Source: Ostreococcus lucimarinus (Eukaryota). From it: a DNA stretch of 64,000 bases. The notes beneath the pieces are model-generated. The model did not search any database. It saw only the letters and a list, made by a program, of their open reading frames with translations, and was not told the DNA's origin. Positions within the stretch are counted from its first letter, which is position 1; each line of letters starts with the position of its first letter. The stretch lies in the NCBI GenBank assembly GCA_000092065.1, contig CP000588.1; one strand, given 5' to 3'. The position numbers and the translations under genes were made by a program. This document shows positions 19,066 through 26,502 of the stretch, in pieces.

Positions 19066-19104
19066 ATGGGAAAGGTCCACGGTTCGCTCGCTCGCGCTGG
19101 TAAA
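19066..19104 (+). CDS. RPS30: 40S ribosomal protein eS30, exon 1 (MGKVHGSLARAGK)
   Basis: Reads ATG GGA AAG GTC CAC GGT TCG CTC GCT CGC GCT GGT AAA|GTACGT. Confidence 0.8.
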
Positions 19105-19455
19105 GTACGTACACGATATTCTTCTCGATCGATGCGGCGCGCGCGGCGCGCGTTCGGCGCGGCGCGGCGCGCGCGGCGTGGGATCGTCGCGTTAGGGCTT
19201 CGCACGGCGGCGATCGACGACGCGCGCGGCGATCGACGCGCGGCGTCGCTTCGAACGCGCGAACGCGGGGAGTCGCGATGAGATGGCGCGATGGATGGGG
19301 TCGGACATCGCGCGCGGGCGGGAACGGGGCGCGAGATGCGTCGGCGTGGGGGCGCGGGGCGACGGGGCGATCCATGGATGATGGCGGGCGAGGGACTAGG
19401 GCTGAGACGCGCGCGAACGCGAGACTGACGAAGCGATTTCTTACGCGTTGATCAG
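19105..19455 (+). other. RPS30: RPS30 intron (351 nt, GTACGT...GATCAG)
   Basis: Unspliced reading continues as junk (..VRTRYSSRS). Splicing joins ..AGK to [15 protein letters not shown]. Confidence 0.8.
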
Positions 19456-19605
19456 GTTCGTGGTCAAACCCCGAAGGTCGCGAAACAAGAAAAGAAGAAG
19501 CAGCCCAAGGGCCGCGCGTTCCAACGCATCAAGTACAACCGTCGTTTCGTGAACGTCGTCGTGGGCATTGGCAAGAAGCGCTCGCCGAACTCTAACCAAG
19601 CGTAA
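19456..19605 (+). CDS. RPS30: 40S ribosomal protein eS30, exon 2
   Basis: Reads [49 protein letters not shown], matching animal eS30/FAU C-terminus ([35 protein letters not shown]). Total 62 aa. Confidence 0.85.
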   Translation, partial: VRGQTPKVAKQEKKKQPKGRAFQRIKYNRRFVNVVVGIGKKRSPNSNQA

Positions 19606-19616
19606 ACGACGAGAAG

Positions 19617-20198
19617 ATGATTAGTGTTTTCGGAAATCGTTTGAAAGGTGCGACGGCGGTGCGGTCGTTCGCTGTTAATAGTTTGGAGAGTATGAGAGGA
19701 TGTTTGATGAGTAGTGAGTTAGGCAGCCAGTGGGCGCCGGCGACGCGCTGGGCGAAGTCGATTGTTTCGACGACATCCGTCGCCGCCGGAGACGCCGCTG
19801 AGGGTCGATCGAGCCGACGTTCGCTGGACTTGAATCAAAAGTCTGGTGAAATCAAACCCGAATTAGTGAAAAAGTATCTGAGTGAGACCAACATGTCGAG
19901 GGGAGACGTGAACAAGCGCGCGCTCGCCGAAGAGCGAGCCGCGTTTGCGCGCGACGAACACGACACGGGGTCGAGCGAAGTACAAATCGCCAACTTGACC
20001 ATGCGCATTAAGCTCATGACGGAACATTTGCGTGAACATGGAAAGGACACGCACAGCCGTCACGGGCTCATGGCCATGCTCGAGCGCCGGAAGAAGCTTT
20101 TAAAGTACCTCCGACGCACCGACGGCGATAGGTACGCGGATGTCATTTTACGACTCGGTTTGAAGGATCGATCTTTCGTAGACGACAAGTACGCTTAA
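19617..20198 (+). CDS. Organellar (bacterial-type) ribosomal protein uS15 with ~90-aa N-terminal presequence
   Basis: C-terminal reads GSSEVQIANLTMRIKLMTEHLREHGKDTHSRHGLMAMLERRKKLLKYLRRTDGDRYADVILRLGL, the rpsO/S15 signature. ATG 19617 lies only 11 nt after the RPS30 stop. The N-terminal 90 aa are AT-richer, so the start could be an internal Met (e.g. MSRGDVNK). Confidence 0.65.
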   Translation: MISVFGNRLKGATAVRSFAVNSLESMRGCLMSSELGSQWAPATRWAKSIVSTTSVAAGDAAEGRSSRRSLDLNQKSGEIKPELVKKYLSETNMSRGDVNKRALAEERAAFARDEHDTGSSEVQIANLTMRIKLMTEHLREHGKDTHSRHGLMAMLERRKKLLKYLRRTDGDRYADVILRLGLKDRSFVDDKYA

Positions 20199-20345
20199 TA
20201 TTTTGTGATACGAGTCTTCAACTGCGTTTACACCGCGTGCCCGTCTCCGCCTCCCGAACGACGCGACGACGTAGTCGCATTTTTTTCGTCCGGGCTCGAG
20301 CGCCAAAAAGCCGTTTGCCGTTCCTCACACGCCACCGCGCGCACC

Positions 20346-21302
20346 ATGCTCGCATCGCGTCTCGCCAACGCCGCGCGACGCGCCACCGCGAGAACCGCGC
20401 GCGCGTCTTCATCCGCGCCCGCGTCCGCACCGCTGCGCCGCGCGCACGCGCTCGCGACGCGTCGTCGGTCGTCCCGCTCGAGCGCTTCGCGAAGCGCGTC
20501 TTCATCGAACGATGCCGACGCCGAAGCGCGCTCGCGCGACGATTGGATCGTCGTCGGGTGCGATTCCGACGCCCACGGCGCGCTGTGCGTGATCTCGGGC
20601 GCGTCCGTGGGCTCGGTGCGAAGCGTGAACGTTCGGGACAATCCCACGAGCACGGTGACGGTGAACGGACGCGCGCGACTGCGACTGGACCCGGACGCCA
20701 TGCGCGGCGCGGTGCGCGCGCTGGGCGTGCCCAAAGGCACGAGGGTGTATTTGGAAGAGGGCGGGGTCGAGTTCGGGTTCAGCGCGCAGACGGCGTTCGT
20801 GCAAGGGTATAATTTCGGGCTGTGGCGAGGCGTGCTCGCGGCGGAGGAATTCGAAGTGCGCGTGGTGAAGCCGCAGGCGTGGAAAGCGGCGATGGGGTTG
20901 AAGTTCAAGGGAAGCACGAAGGATGATTCGATCGCGATGGCGAAGATGCTTTTTCCCGAGATCGCCGGCGAGCTGAAGCGGAAGAAGGATCACGGGAGAG
21001 CCGAGTCGTTGCTCATCGCCGCGTACGGGCACGTCGCAGACGGGGGCGCGGCGGCGAAAGAGGAAGACGAACTGTGTTCTCGCGTACGCGCCGCGCTCGC
21101 CGACCGAGGCGTCGTCGACCGCGAAGAGGGCGCGGCGATGCCGTACTTTGGGCCGTATTTCGGCATGACTGGGGAAGAATTGAGGAAAGAACTCAAAGCG
21201 CGCGGGTGCAAAGTCGGCGGCAACAAAGCCGACTTGATTTTACGTCTCGAGTCGAGCGACGCGGAGATCAACGAGCGCGAATCCAAGAGCGCCGCGGCGT
21301 AG
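20346..21302 (+). CDS. RuvC/YqgF-like RNase-H-fold nuclease (Holliday-junction-resolvase-like) with C-terminal SAP domain and organellar transit peptide
   Basis: Reads MLASRLANAARRATARTARASSS... (transit-like). WIVVGCDSDAHGALCVISGA (RuvC motif I-like). RVYLEEGGVEFG (Glu). ESLLIAAYGH. C-terminus GMTGEELRKELKARGCKVGGNKADLILRLES is a SAP motif. ATG 20346 is in frame with ORF 20205. Confidence 0.5.
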   Translation: MLASRLANAARRATARTARASSSAPASAPLRRAHALATRRRSSRSSASRSASSSNDADAEARSRDDWIVVGCDSDAHGALCVISGASVGSVRSVNVRDNPTSTVTVNGRARLRLDPDAMRGAVRALGVPKGTRVYLEEGGVEFGFSAQTAFVQGYNFGLWRGVLAAEEFEVRVVKPQAWKAAMGLKFKGSTKDDSIAMAKMLFPEIAGELKRKKDHGRAESLLIAAYGHVADGGAAAKEEDELCSRVRAALADRGVVDREEGAAMPYFGPYFGMTGEELRKELKARGCKVGGNKADLILRLESSDAEINERESKSAAA

Positions 21303-21380
21303 GGTAGTATTCGAGTTGGCTTAATCATAAATCAATGTACAACACACTTCGCGCCGGCGGCGCGCGTTCGTCTCCGAAAG

Positions 21381-21716
21381 CTACGTCTCGTCGTCGGTCT
21401 CGCCCAGGCGTTCTCTCAACTTAAAAATCTCCACATCTCTCGCGCGCACCTCCTTCACCGCCCACACCAGCGGCGCGAACAGCACTAACGATCCCACGAT
21501 GCTCGGCAGCGCGATCGGGACGTAGTGCGTGCCGTACACCACGCACACGTTCCCCCACGGCGCGCACCGCAGCAGCAAGTCATCCTTCGTCAGCACCTCT
21601 CCGAGCATTTCCGCCGCCCTCGCGCGCGCGATGCGCGTCCGCGCGCGCGGCGCGCGCCCCGCGCGACGTCCGCGCGCGCCCACGCGGTGCTGAAGCGCGC
21701 GCGACGCGGTCGCCAT
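21381..21716 (-). CDS. Small hypothetical membrane protein (~111 aa) with basic presequence
   Basis: MATASRALQHRVGARGRR... then LLLRCAPWGNVCVVYGTHYVPIALPSIVGSLVLFAPLVWAVKEVRARDVEIFKLRERLGETDDET. ATG 21714-21716. The start is uncertain. Confidence 0.3.
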   Translation of the reverse strand: MATASRALQHRVGARGRRAGRAPRARTRIARARAAEMLGEVLTKDDLLLRCAPWGNVCVVYGTHYVPIALPSIVGSLVLFAPLVWAVKEVRARDVEIFKLRERLGETDDET

Positions 21717-22194
21717 GACGCCCGGCGCGCACTGCCGCCGCACACCCGGACGCATGAACGCCTGGTGCATCGGCGCGCGCCGGCGACCGACGCACGGCGG
21801 CGGCGGCGACGCCGACGGCGGCGGTGATGGCACCGCGACCGCGTCGGGCGAGCGCGAGAGCGGCGCGGGGACGACGGGCGCGGGACAGCGGGTGAATCAC
21901 CTACACCAAGGACATCCGCCGTCTGAACGCGACCACAAGCGCGAATTAGAGCTCAAGCGCGGCACGCGACGAGCGAGGGTGTGCATCGGAGCGTTGTTCG
22001 TCGGTTCGCTCGCGCTCGCGAGCGGAAGGCCGTTTTATGCGCCTTATATAGATGTGTTCGGGGACGCGAACGCGAACGCGACGGCGACCTCGGGCGGCGC
22101 CGTCCTCGCGGCGCCGCCGCCGCCGCCGTCCGCGGCGTCGGGGAGACGGAAGAAACGAACAGGCGCGCGAAAGTTTGGATTCCTGTTCGGGTAG
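21715..22194 (+). CDS. Questionable ORF; C-terminal part has a TM helix (CIGALFVGSLALASGRPFYAPYIDVF) and is followed by an AT-rich UTR-like tract
   Basis: ATG 21715 overlaps the minus-strand ATG in a CATG palindrome. The N-terminal half is Gly/Arg-rich. Reported only as a candidate. Confidence 0.15.
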   Translation: MTPGAHCRRTPGRMNAWCIGARRRPTHGGGGDADGGGDGTATASGERESGAGTTGAGQRVNHLHQGHPPSERDHKRELELKRGTRRARVCIGALFVGSLALASGRPFYAPYIDVFGDANANATATSGGAVLAAPPPPPSAASGRRKKRTGARKFGFLFG

Positions 22195-22206
22195 CGCGCG
22201 CGCGGA

Positions 22207-22230
22207 TTGATTGATTGATTGATTGATTAT
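22207..22230. repeat. (GATT)6 microsatellite in intergenic/UTR region
   Basis: Direct reading: gattgattgattgattgattgatt. Confidence 0.8.
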
Positions 22231-22342
22231 ATTTGGACGAGCGGCGGCGCGTCGAGGCGTCGCCGACGAGCCACACTAGAGTTAGACCACGCATGTATTA
22301 GGCACCACAGCGAAATATTCGTACGCACCGCATGCGCTTCAA

Positions 22343-22347
22343 TTACA
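22343..22347 (-). promoter_or_regulatory. TGTAA poly(A) signal ~70 nt downstream of QCR6 stop
   Basis: Plus ttaca at 22343-22347. QCR6 stop at 22417-22419. Confidence 0.3.
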
Positions 22348-22416
22348 ACGTGATCCCTTAAAATTTACGCCCGCCCACGCGCGCGCGAACCGTCGCGCGC
22401 GCGCCGCGACCGCGCC

Positions 22417-22488
22417 CTACGCCGTGCGTCGCATCACTTCGTCCTTCGCGCATTCATCCACGCACTTGTACATGTCAAAATATTGCCC
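22417..22488 (-). CDS. QCR6: Ubiquinol-cytochrome c reductase hinge protein (QCR6/UQCRH), last exon
   Basis: Reads GQYFDMYKCVDECAKDEVMRRTA*, matching plant QCR6 (HCTGQYFDYWQCVDKCVAPKLF). Acceptor gcgcgcag|GGG. Confidence 0.75.
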   Translation of the reverse strand, partial: GQYFDMYKCVDECAKDEVMRRTA

Positions 22489-22591
22489 CTGCGCGCGCCA
22501 TCGTCTTTCCGAGTCAGTCTCCGCGCGTCGTCGCCGTCCTCGTTCGCTCGTTCGCGTCTCTCGCGTCTCTCGGTCGCCTCGCCTCGCGCAC
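22489..22591 (-). other. QCR6: QCR6 intron 2 (103 nt, GTGCGC...GCAG)
   Basis: Reads CAC TGC ACG|GTGCGC. The two exons lie in different ORF-track frames. Confidence 0.7.
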
Positions 22592-22742
22592 CGTGCAGTG
22601 CGCCTCCCCCGTCTCGTCTCCCTTGATCCTCTCCGCGCACGCCTCGTACAGCTTGACGAACTTTTCGCACTTCGGCATGCACTTCTCCTCCACCTCGGGC
22701 TTGTGATCGACCGGTTCGTCGTCGTCGTCCTCCACGTCCGTC
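22592..22742 (-). CDS. QCR6: QCR6 middle exon: (M)TDVEDDDDEPVDHKPEVEEKCMPKCEKFVKLYEACAERIKGDETGEAHCT
   Basis: Acidic N-terminus and CxxxC...C pattern of the complex III hinge protein. It aligns with Arabidopsis QCR6 (DEEVVDPKKYLEESCKPKCVKPLLEYQACVKRIQGDDSGHKHCT). The in-frame upstream codon is TGA, and the only in-frame ATG is internal (MPKC). Confidence 0.7.
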
Positions 22743-22890
22743 CTGTCGTCGCGTCGTCGTCGTCGCGATCGTCGTCAGTCGTCGCGATCGACGTCGTCGC
22801 GTCGTTCGGCGCGTCGTTCGCCCGCGCCCGCGCGCGTCGTTCGCCCGCGCGCGTCGTTCGCCCGCGCGGCGCGCCCGCGGTCGCACGCAC
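22743..22890 (-). other. QCR6: Putative QCR6 intron 1 splitting the start codon (AT|GTGCGT ... cgacgacag|G)
   Basis: Minus strand ...GGAGAACGAT|GTGCGTGCGACC at 22891-22892/22890. Acceptor ACAG|G ACG GAC GTG at 22743/22742. This gives M-T-D-V-E-D-D... with phase 2. Confidence 0.45.
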
Positions 22891-23125
22891 ATCGTTCTCC
22901 CGCGCGTCCGCGTCGCCGTGTGCCGACGCGACCGCTCGAGCGATCGTCCAGGGGCGCGCGCGCGATCGTCGCCGCACACCGCGACGCGCGTCGCGCGCCC
23001 GCGACCAGTTCCGCGCGCGTTCGCTCGCGCGCGTTTCGCGTCACCGTTTCGCGCGGTTTCGTCGCTCGAACGCGCTCGACGGCGACGCCGCGCGCGGATT
23101 CGTCGCGCGCGCCGGCGCGCGCGCG

Positions 23126-23191
23126 ATGACGGAGGTCACGACGCGCGGGACGCCGGGCCTGCGCTCGGTGCGCGATCTACCGATCGTGCAG
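23126..23191 (+). CDS. NDUFA13: NADH dehydrogenase [ubiquinone] 1 alpha subcomplex subunit 13 (GRIM-19/B16.6), exon 1
   Basis: MTEVTTRGTPGLRSVRDLPIVQ|GTGCGG, aligning with Arabidopsis [22 protein letters not shown]. Confidence 0.75.
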
Positions 23192-23383
23192 GTGCGGCGA
23201 TCGATGCGAAAAGTTTTCGCGCGTCGCGGACGGCGCGCGGTGGCGGACGCGCGCGGTCGCGAAGGGCGCGCGCGCGCGCGAACGATGGCGCGCGAAGGCG
23301 GTGGGTTGGGTGGAGGACGCGGCGCGCGAGACGCGCGCGAAGCCGGAGACTGACGAACGCGCGATGCGCGCGCTCGGAAACAG
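23192..23383 (+). other. NDUFA13: NDUFA13 intron (192 nt, GTGCGG...AAACAG)
   Basis: The frame-2 exon 2 has an upstream in-frame TGA. Splicing restores ..PIVQ|DGPPPGGY. Confidence 0.7.
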
Positions 23384-23749
23384 GATGGACCGCCGCCGGG
23401 AGGATACTCCGCGATTCGATACGGACGGCGAATTCCGAGCACGGGACCGACGGGCGCGGCGCTGCTCGCGGTGTACGCCGGGATGTTTACGTACGGGTTT
23501 TATCAAATCGGCGTCGGAAACCGCGAGAGGCGAGAGGCCAAGGAGGAGAAGATCTTAGCGCGAGCGGTGATCGTGCCGTATTTACAAGCGGAGGAAGATA
23601 GACGGTTCGTGCGCGCGTGGACGGCGAAGAAAGAGAACGACAAGGCGATCATGGCTGAGGTGCGAGGATGGGACGCGGACGCGCGTCCGACGACGTCGAG
23701 GTGGATGCCGCCGGGCGCCTCGACGCGACCGAGCATGGCGAAGTCGTGA
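23384..23749 (+). CDS. NDUFA13: NDUFA13 (GRIM-19), exon 2
   Basis: Reads DGPPPGGYSAIRYGRRIPSTGPTGAALLAVYAGMFTYGFYQIGVGNRERREAKEEKILARAVIVPYLQAEEDRRFV...RWMPPG. Strong match to plant and animal GRIM-19. The ORF track began at GTG 23471. Confidence 0.85.
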   Translation, partial: DGPPPGGYSAIRYGRRIPSTGPTGAALLAVYAGMFTYGFYQIGVGNRERREAKEEKILARAVIVPYLQAEEDRRFVRAWTAKKENDKAIMAEVRGWDADARPTTSRWMPPGASTRPSMAKS

Positions 23750-23911
23750 TGGACGCGCGGTCGGTGTGGCGGTGTGTTCTCTAGCGTGTGTAAAACAATC
23801 AAACAAACGAATGAACGACCGATGAGAAGATCGAAGCGAAGCGAAGCGCGTCCCGCTCGCCTCGCGCGCGTCGCCGCACTCGTCGCCGCGCGCGCCGCCT
23901 CGACGCTCGCG

Positions 23912-24709
23912 ATGCGTCGTCGCGCGGGCGTGAGCGCGATTAAGCACGCGAACGAGCTCGACGACAAATTTCGTCGTTTGGGCGTCGAGCGCGCGCGATT
24001 CCGCGAGGAAGAGACGCAAAAACAGTTGCAAAAGTTCACCTCGCAACTCGAACGGTTCGCCGCGTCGCACCGCGACGGCATTCGAGCCGACCCCGAGCTC
24101 CGCGCCGCGTTCCACGCCATGTGCGCGTCCGTGGGCGTGGACCCGCTGGCGTCGAGGAAGAGCGCGTGGGGACAGATTTTGGGCTTGGGCGACTTTTACG
24201 TCGAGCTCGCGGTGGGCGTCGCCGACTGTTGTTTGGCCTCGCGCGCGCACGACGGCGGATTGTGCGAATTGAGCGCCCTCGTCGATCGCGTGAATCGTCG
24301 ACGGTCGAGCGCGGTGGGACAGGTGAGCGCGGACGACGTCGAACGCGCCATCGGCGCGCTCGCGACGCTCGGCGGCGGTTGGCGCGTGGAATCGACGGGG
24401 ACGGCGTCGAAATCAAACGGTGACTCGGCGCGACGCCCAAACGGCGCGGTTAAGATGGTTCGGAGCGTGCCCATGGAGCTTAGCGATGACGTCAACGCCG
24501 CGCTCGCGTTTGCGAAGGACACGCCCGAGGGACGCGCGACGACGGCGGAGCTCGAGGAATCGCTCGCGTGGTCGCGCGCTCGCGCCGAGGACGCGCTCGA
24601 AGCCGCCGTGAAGCTCGGCGTCGCGCTCGTGGACGATCAGAACAACGATCCAGGTCACGCGCGTTTATACTGGTTTCCAGCGTTCCGCGCGGATTTGTAC
24701 GCGGGATGA
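23912..24709 (+). CDS. VPS22: ESCRT-II subunit VPS22/SNF8 (EAP30)
   Basis: Reads MRRRAGVSAIKH...FHAMCASVGVDPLASRKSAWGQILGLGDFYVELAVGVADCCLASRAHDGGL...MVRSVPMELSDD...LYWFPAF. Collinear with SNF8 ([40 protein letters not shown]). Confidence 0.8.
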   Translation: MRRRAGVSAIKHANELDDKFRRLGVERARFREEETQKQLQKFTSQLERFAASHRDGIRADPELRAAFHAMCASVGVDPLASRKSAWGQILGLGDFYVELAVGVADCCLASRAHDGGLCELSALVDRVNRRRSSAVGQVSADDVERAIGALATLGGGWRVESTGTASKSNGDSARRPNGAVKMVRSVPMELSDDVNAALAFAKDTPEGRATTAELEESLAWSRARAEDALEAAVKLGVALVDDQNNDPGHARLYWFPAFRADLYAG

Positions 24710-24805
24710 TGATCCGTCGCGAGCCGTCGCGTCGATTCGTCGCGTTGACCGACGTCGCGTTGACCGCACGCGCACAGCCATTTCTCGACGCTTCGGTCGG
24801 TCGGC

Positions 24806-25888
24806 ATGGGCGACCCGCCGCCGCGAACGGGTCCTTCGGCAAAGTCACAGCGACGCTTGTCCGATGATTTTCGAGGCGGCGCGCACGCGTTTCGCCGTAG
24901 AGTTCAAGAGGTCTACGGCGACGACGAACCGGCGCTCAACGAGTGGCACGACTTGTGCGGGAGATTGGTGGACAACGGTTTGCTCCCCACGCGGTTGTGC
25001 GAGCTGAGCCTCACGGAGAGCTCATCTCGCGACGTAGAGCTGCGCGCGTTGATTGGCATGCAAATCGTCGGGCGGTACGTGTTGGAGGAAATGTTTACAA
25101 ACAAACTCGTGGCGACTACCGGAGAGGCTCAACGATTCTTCTCGGACATCGCGAGCGCGCAGACGTTCACGGATCTGTGCCCGAAGTTGTTTCCGTATCG
25201 CGATCCGAACTCGGCCAAGCGGCGAGGGGCGTGGACGCAAGAGAAGGAACGCGCGAACGCGGCGAGCACGATCATAGCGGCGGCGGCGTACGACGTGAGT
25301 CGACTGCGCGGCGGCGAATCGGCGTTGAAGCAGCTCGCAAAGTTTCTTTGTTTTAGCGCGCTGGCGCAGCGTCGAATGACAGCGCAACAGATCGCGAACC
25401 CAAAAGGCTTACTCTTAGAGCTCAACGGTGAAACGATCACCGAGCGCGTGCCGGGAACGGCGGATCACGAACCCGTGTTCGCCGCCGAAGCAATCTGGCC
25501 GGCGAAGACGAGCGGCGAGCCCAAGTTCCAAAGGCAAGCCTTGGGAAAGTCGAAAAAAGCCGCCGAGGCACAGGCCTCGCTGCTGTTGCTCACCGATTAC
25601 GGTCACATCATCAAATCCGTCGACGCCGGCGACGAGGACGAAAGCGCGCGCGCGGAAAAAAAGCGCGCGCGTTTAGAAAACGCCTTCGGCGAAGCCAAAA
25701 CCTTCGGCGCTCACCTCGTGTCTTGCGAAAACGTCCGTGGCTCGGGTCAGCCGCCTCTATTCGTCGCGATGATGCGACTCGCCTCCCACGCATGCACGTT
25801 AGAGTTCGTCGCCGAGGCCGACACCAAAAAACAAGCCGTGCGCGCGGCGTCGCAACAACTCTTAGCCGCCATCGGCAAGTACGCGTGA
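24806..25888 (+). CDS. dsRNA-binding-domain protein with degenerate RNase III-like N-terminal region (mL44/RNC1-like architecture)
   Basis: Reads ..LRALIGMQIVGRYVLEEMF (RNase III signature position but lacking catalytic acidic residues). HEPVFAAEAI...GEPKFQRQALGKSKKAAEAQASLLLL (dsRBM). A second dsRBM-like stretch LFVAMMRLASHACTLEFVAEADTKKQAVRAASQQLLAAI. Confidence 0.45.
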   Translation: MGDPPPRTGPSAKSQRRLSDDFRGGAHAFRRRVQEVYGDDEPALNEWHDLCGRLVDNGLLPTRLCELSLTESSSRDVELRALIGMQIVGRYVLEEMFTNKLVATTGEAQRFFSDIASAQTFTDLCPKLFPYRDPNSAKRRGAWTQEKERANAASTIIAAAAYDVSRLRGGESALKQLAKFLCFSALAQRRMTAQQIANPKGLLLELNGETITERVPGTADHEPVFAAEAIWPAKTSGEPKFQRQALGKSKKAAEAQASLLLLTDYGHIIKSVDAGDEDESARAEKKRARLENAFGEAKTFGAHLVSCENVRGSGQPPLFVAMMRLASHACTLEFVAEADTKKQAVRAASQQLLAAIGKYA

Positions 25889-25974
25889 GTCGACGCCTTC
25901 CCGCGTTCGCCCCTCCGCGCGCGCCGACGACCGCCTCTCGGCCTCGTTCGTTCGCTCGCCTCTCGGCCTCGTTT

Positions 25975-26340
25975 TCACAGATACTTCTCGCACAAGTGCA
26001 ACAAATCGTCCACCTCGTCCTCCGTCAGCCTCCGCGCGCACTTCTCCACCACCGCGTGCACCGTCACCCGCTCCGTCGGTTTCAGATTGATCAGCTGCAC
26101 CACCTCCGCCTGCGTCAGCTCGATCGCCGCGATGTGTTCGATGAACAATCGCACGTTCTCGCGGTCCTGCGCCCCCGCCGGCGCCGCGCGCAGCGCGTCG
26201 TAGCACTCCATCTCCGTCGGGAACGGGTCGTGCGGCTGCGGGTACGTCGCCAGCCGTCCCGGCTCCCCCGCGCGCTCGCGCAGCAGGTCCAGGACCTCGA
26301 CGTTCGTCAGCAGGCCCTCGGCGACGCCGAGCACGCGCAT
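25975..26340 (-). CDS. RPC9: RNA polymerase III subunit RPC9 (Rpb4/C17/CGRP-RCP family)
   Basis: Reads LTNVEVLDLL...LTQAEVVQLINLKPTERVTVHAVVEKCARRLTEDEVDDLLHL, matching RPC9 (LTKPEKLQLVNIRPSSVVELHAIVEECDQRFSAEQLEEIL). Confidence 0.6.
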   Translation of the reverse strand: MRVLGVAEGLLTNVEVLDLLRERAGEPGRLATYPQPHDPFPTEMECYDALRAAPAGAQDRENVRLFIEHIAAIELTQAEVVQLINLKPTERVTVHAVVEKCARRLTEDEVDDLLHLCEKYL

Positions 26341-26502
26341 GTCGGCGCGTCAGCGTCGCTCGCGCGCCGAAATGACGCCGGCGGTCGGGACATCCGGCGG
26401 CGCGACATTCGCGCGCGCGCGACGCGTCGCCGACGCGCCCTCGGCTCGGCGCGCGCGCGACGCGACGCGACGCGCACGAGCGCGTCGATATTCGCGCGCG
26501 CG

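Noticed and set aside
22424-23353. 309-aa plus-strand ORF across the QCR6/NDUFA13 interval
   Set aside because: Low-complexity Arg/Ser-rich. Its only meaningful segment is the in-frame NDUFA13 exon 1 (MTEVTTRG...), which is annotated separately.
25723-26502. N-terminal 260 codons of the 959-aa DDX42 ORF
   Set aside because: Junk composition, antisense to the RPC9 gene. The helicase starts at MASDDD (26503).
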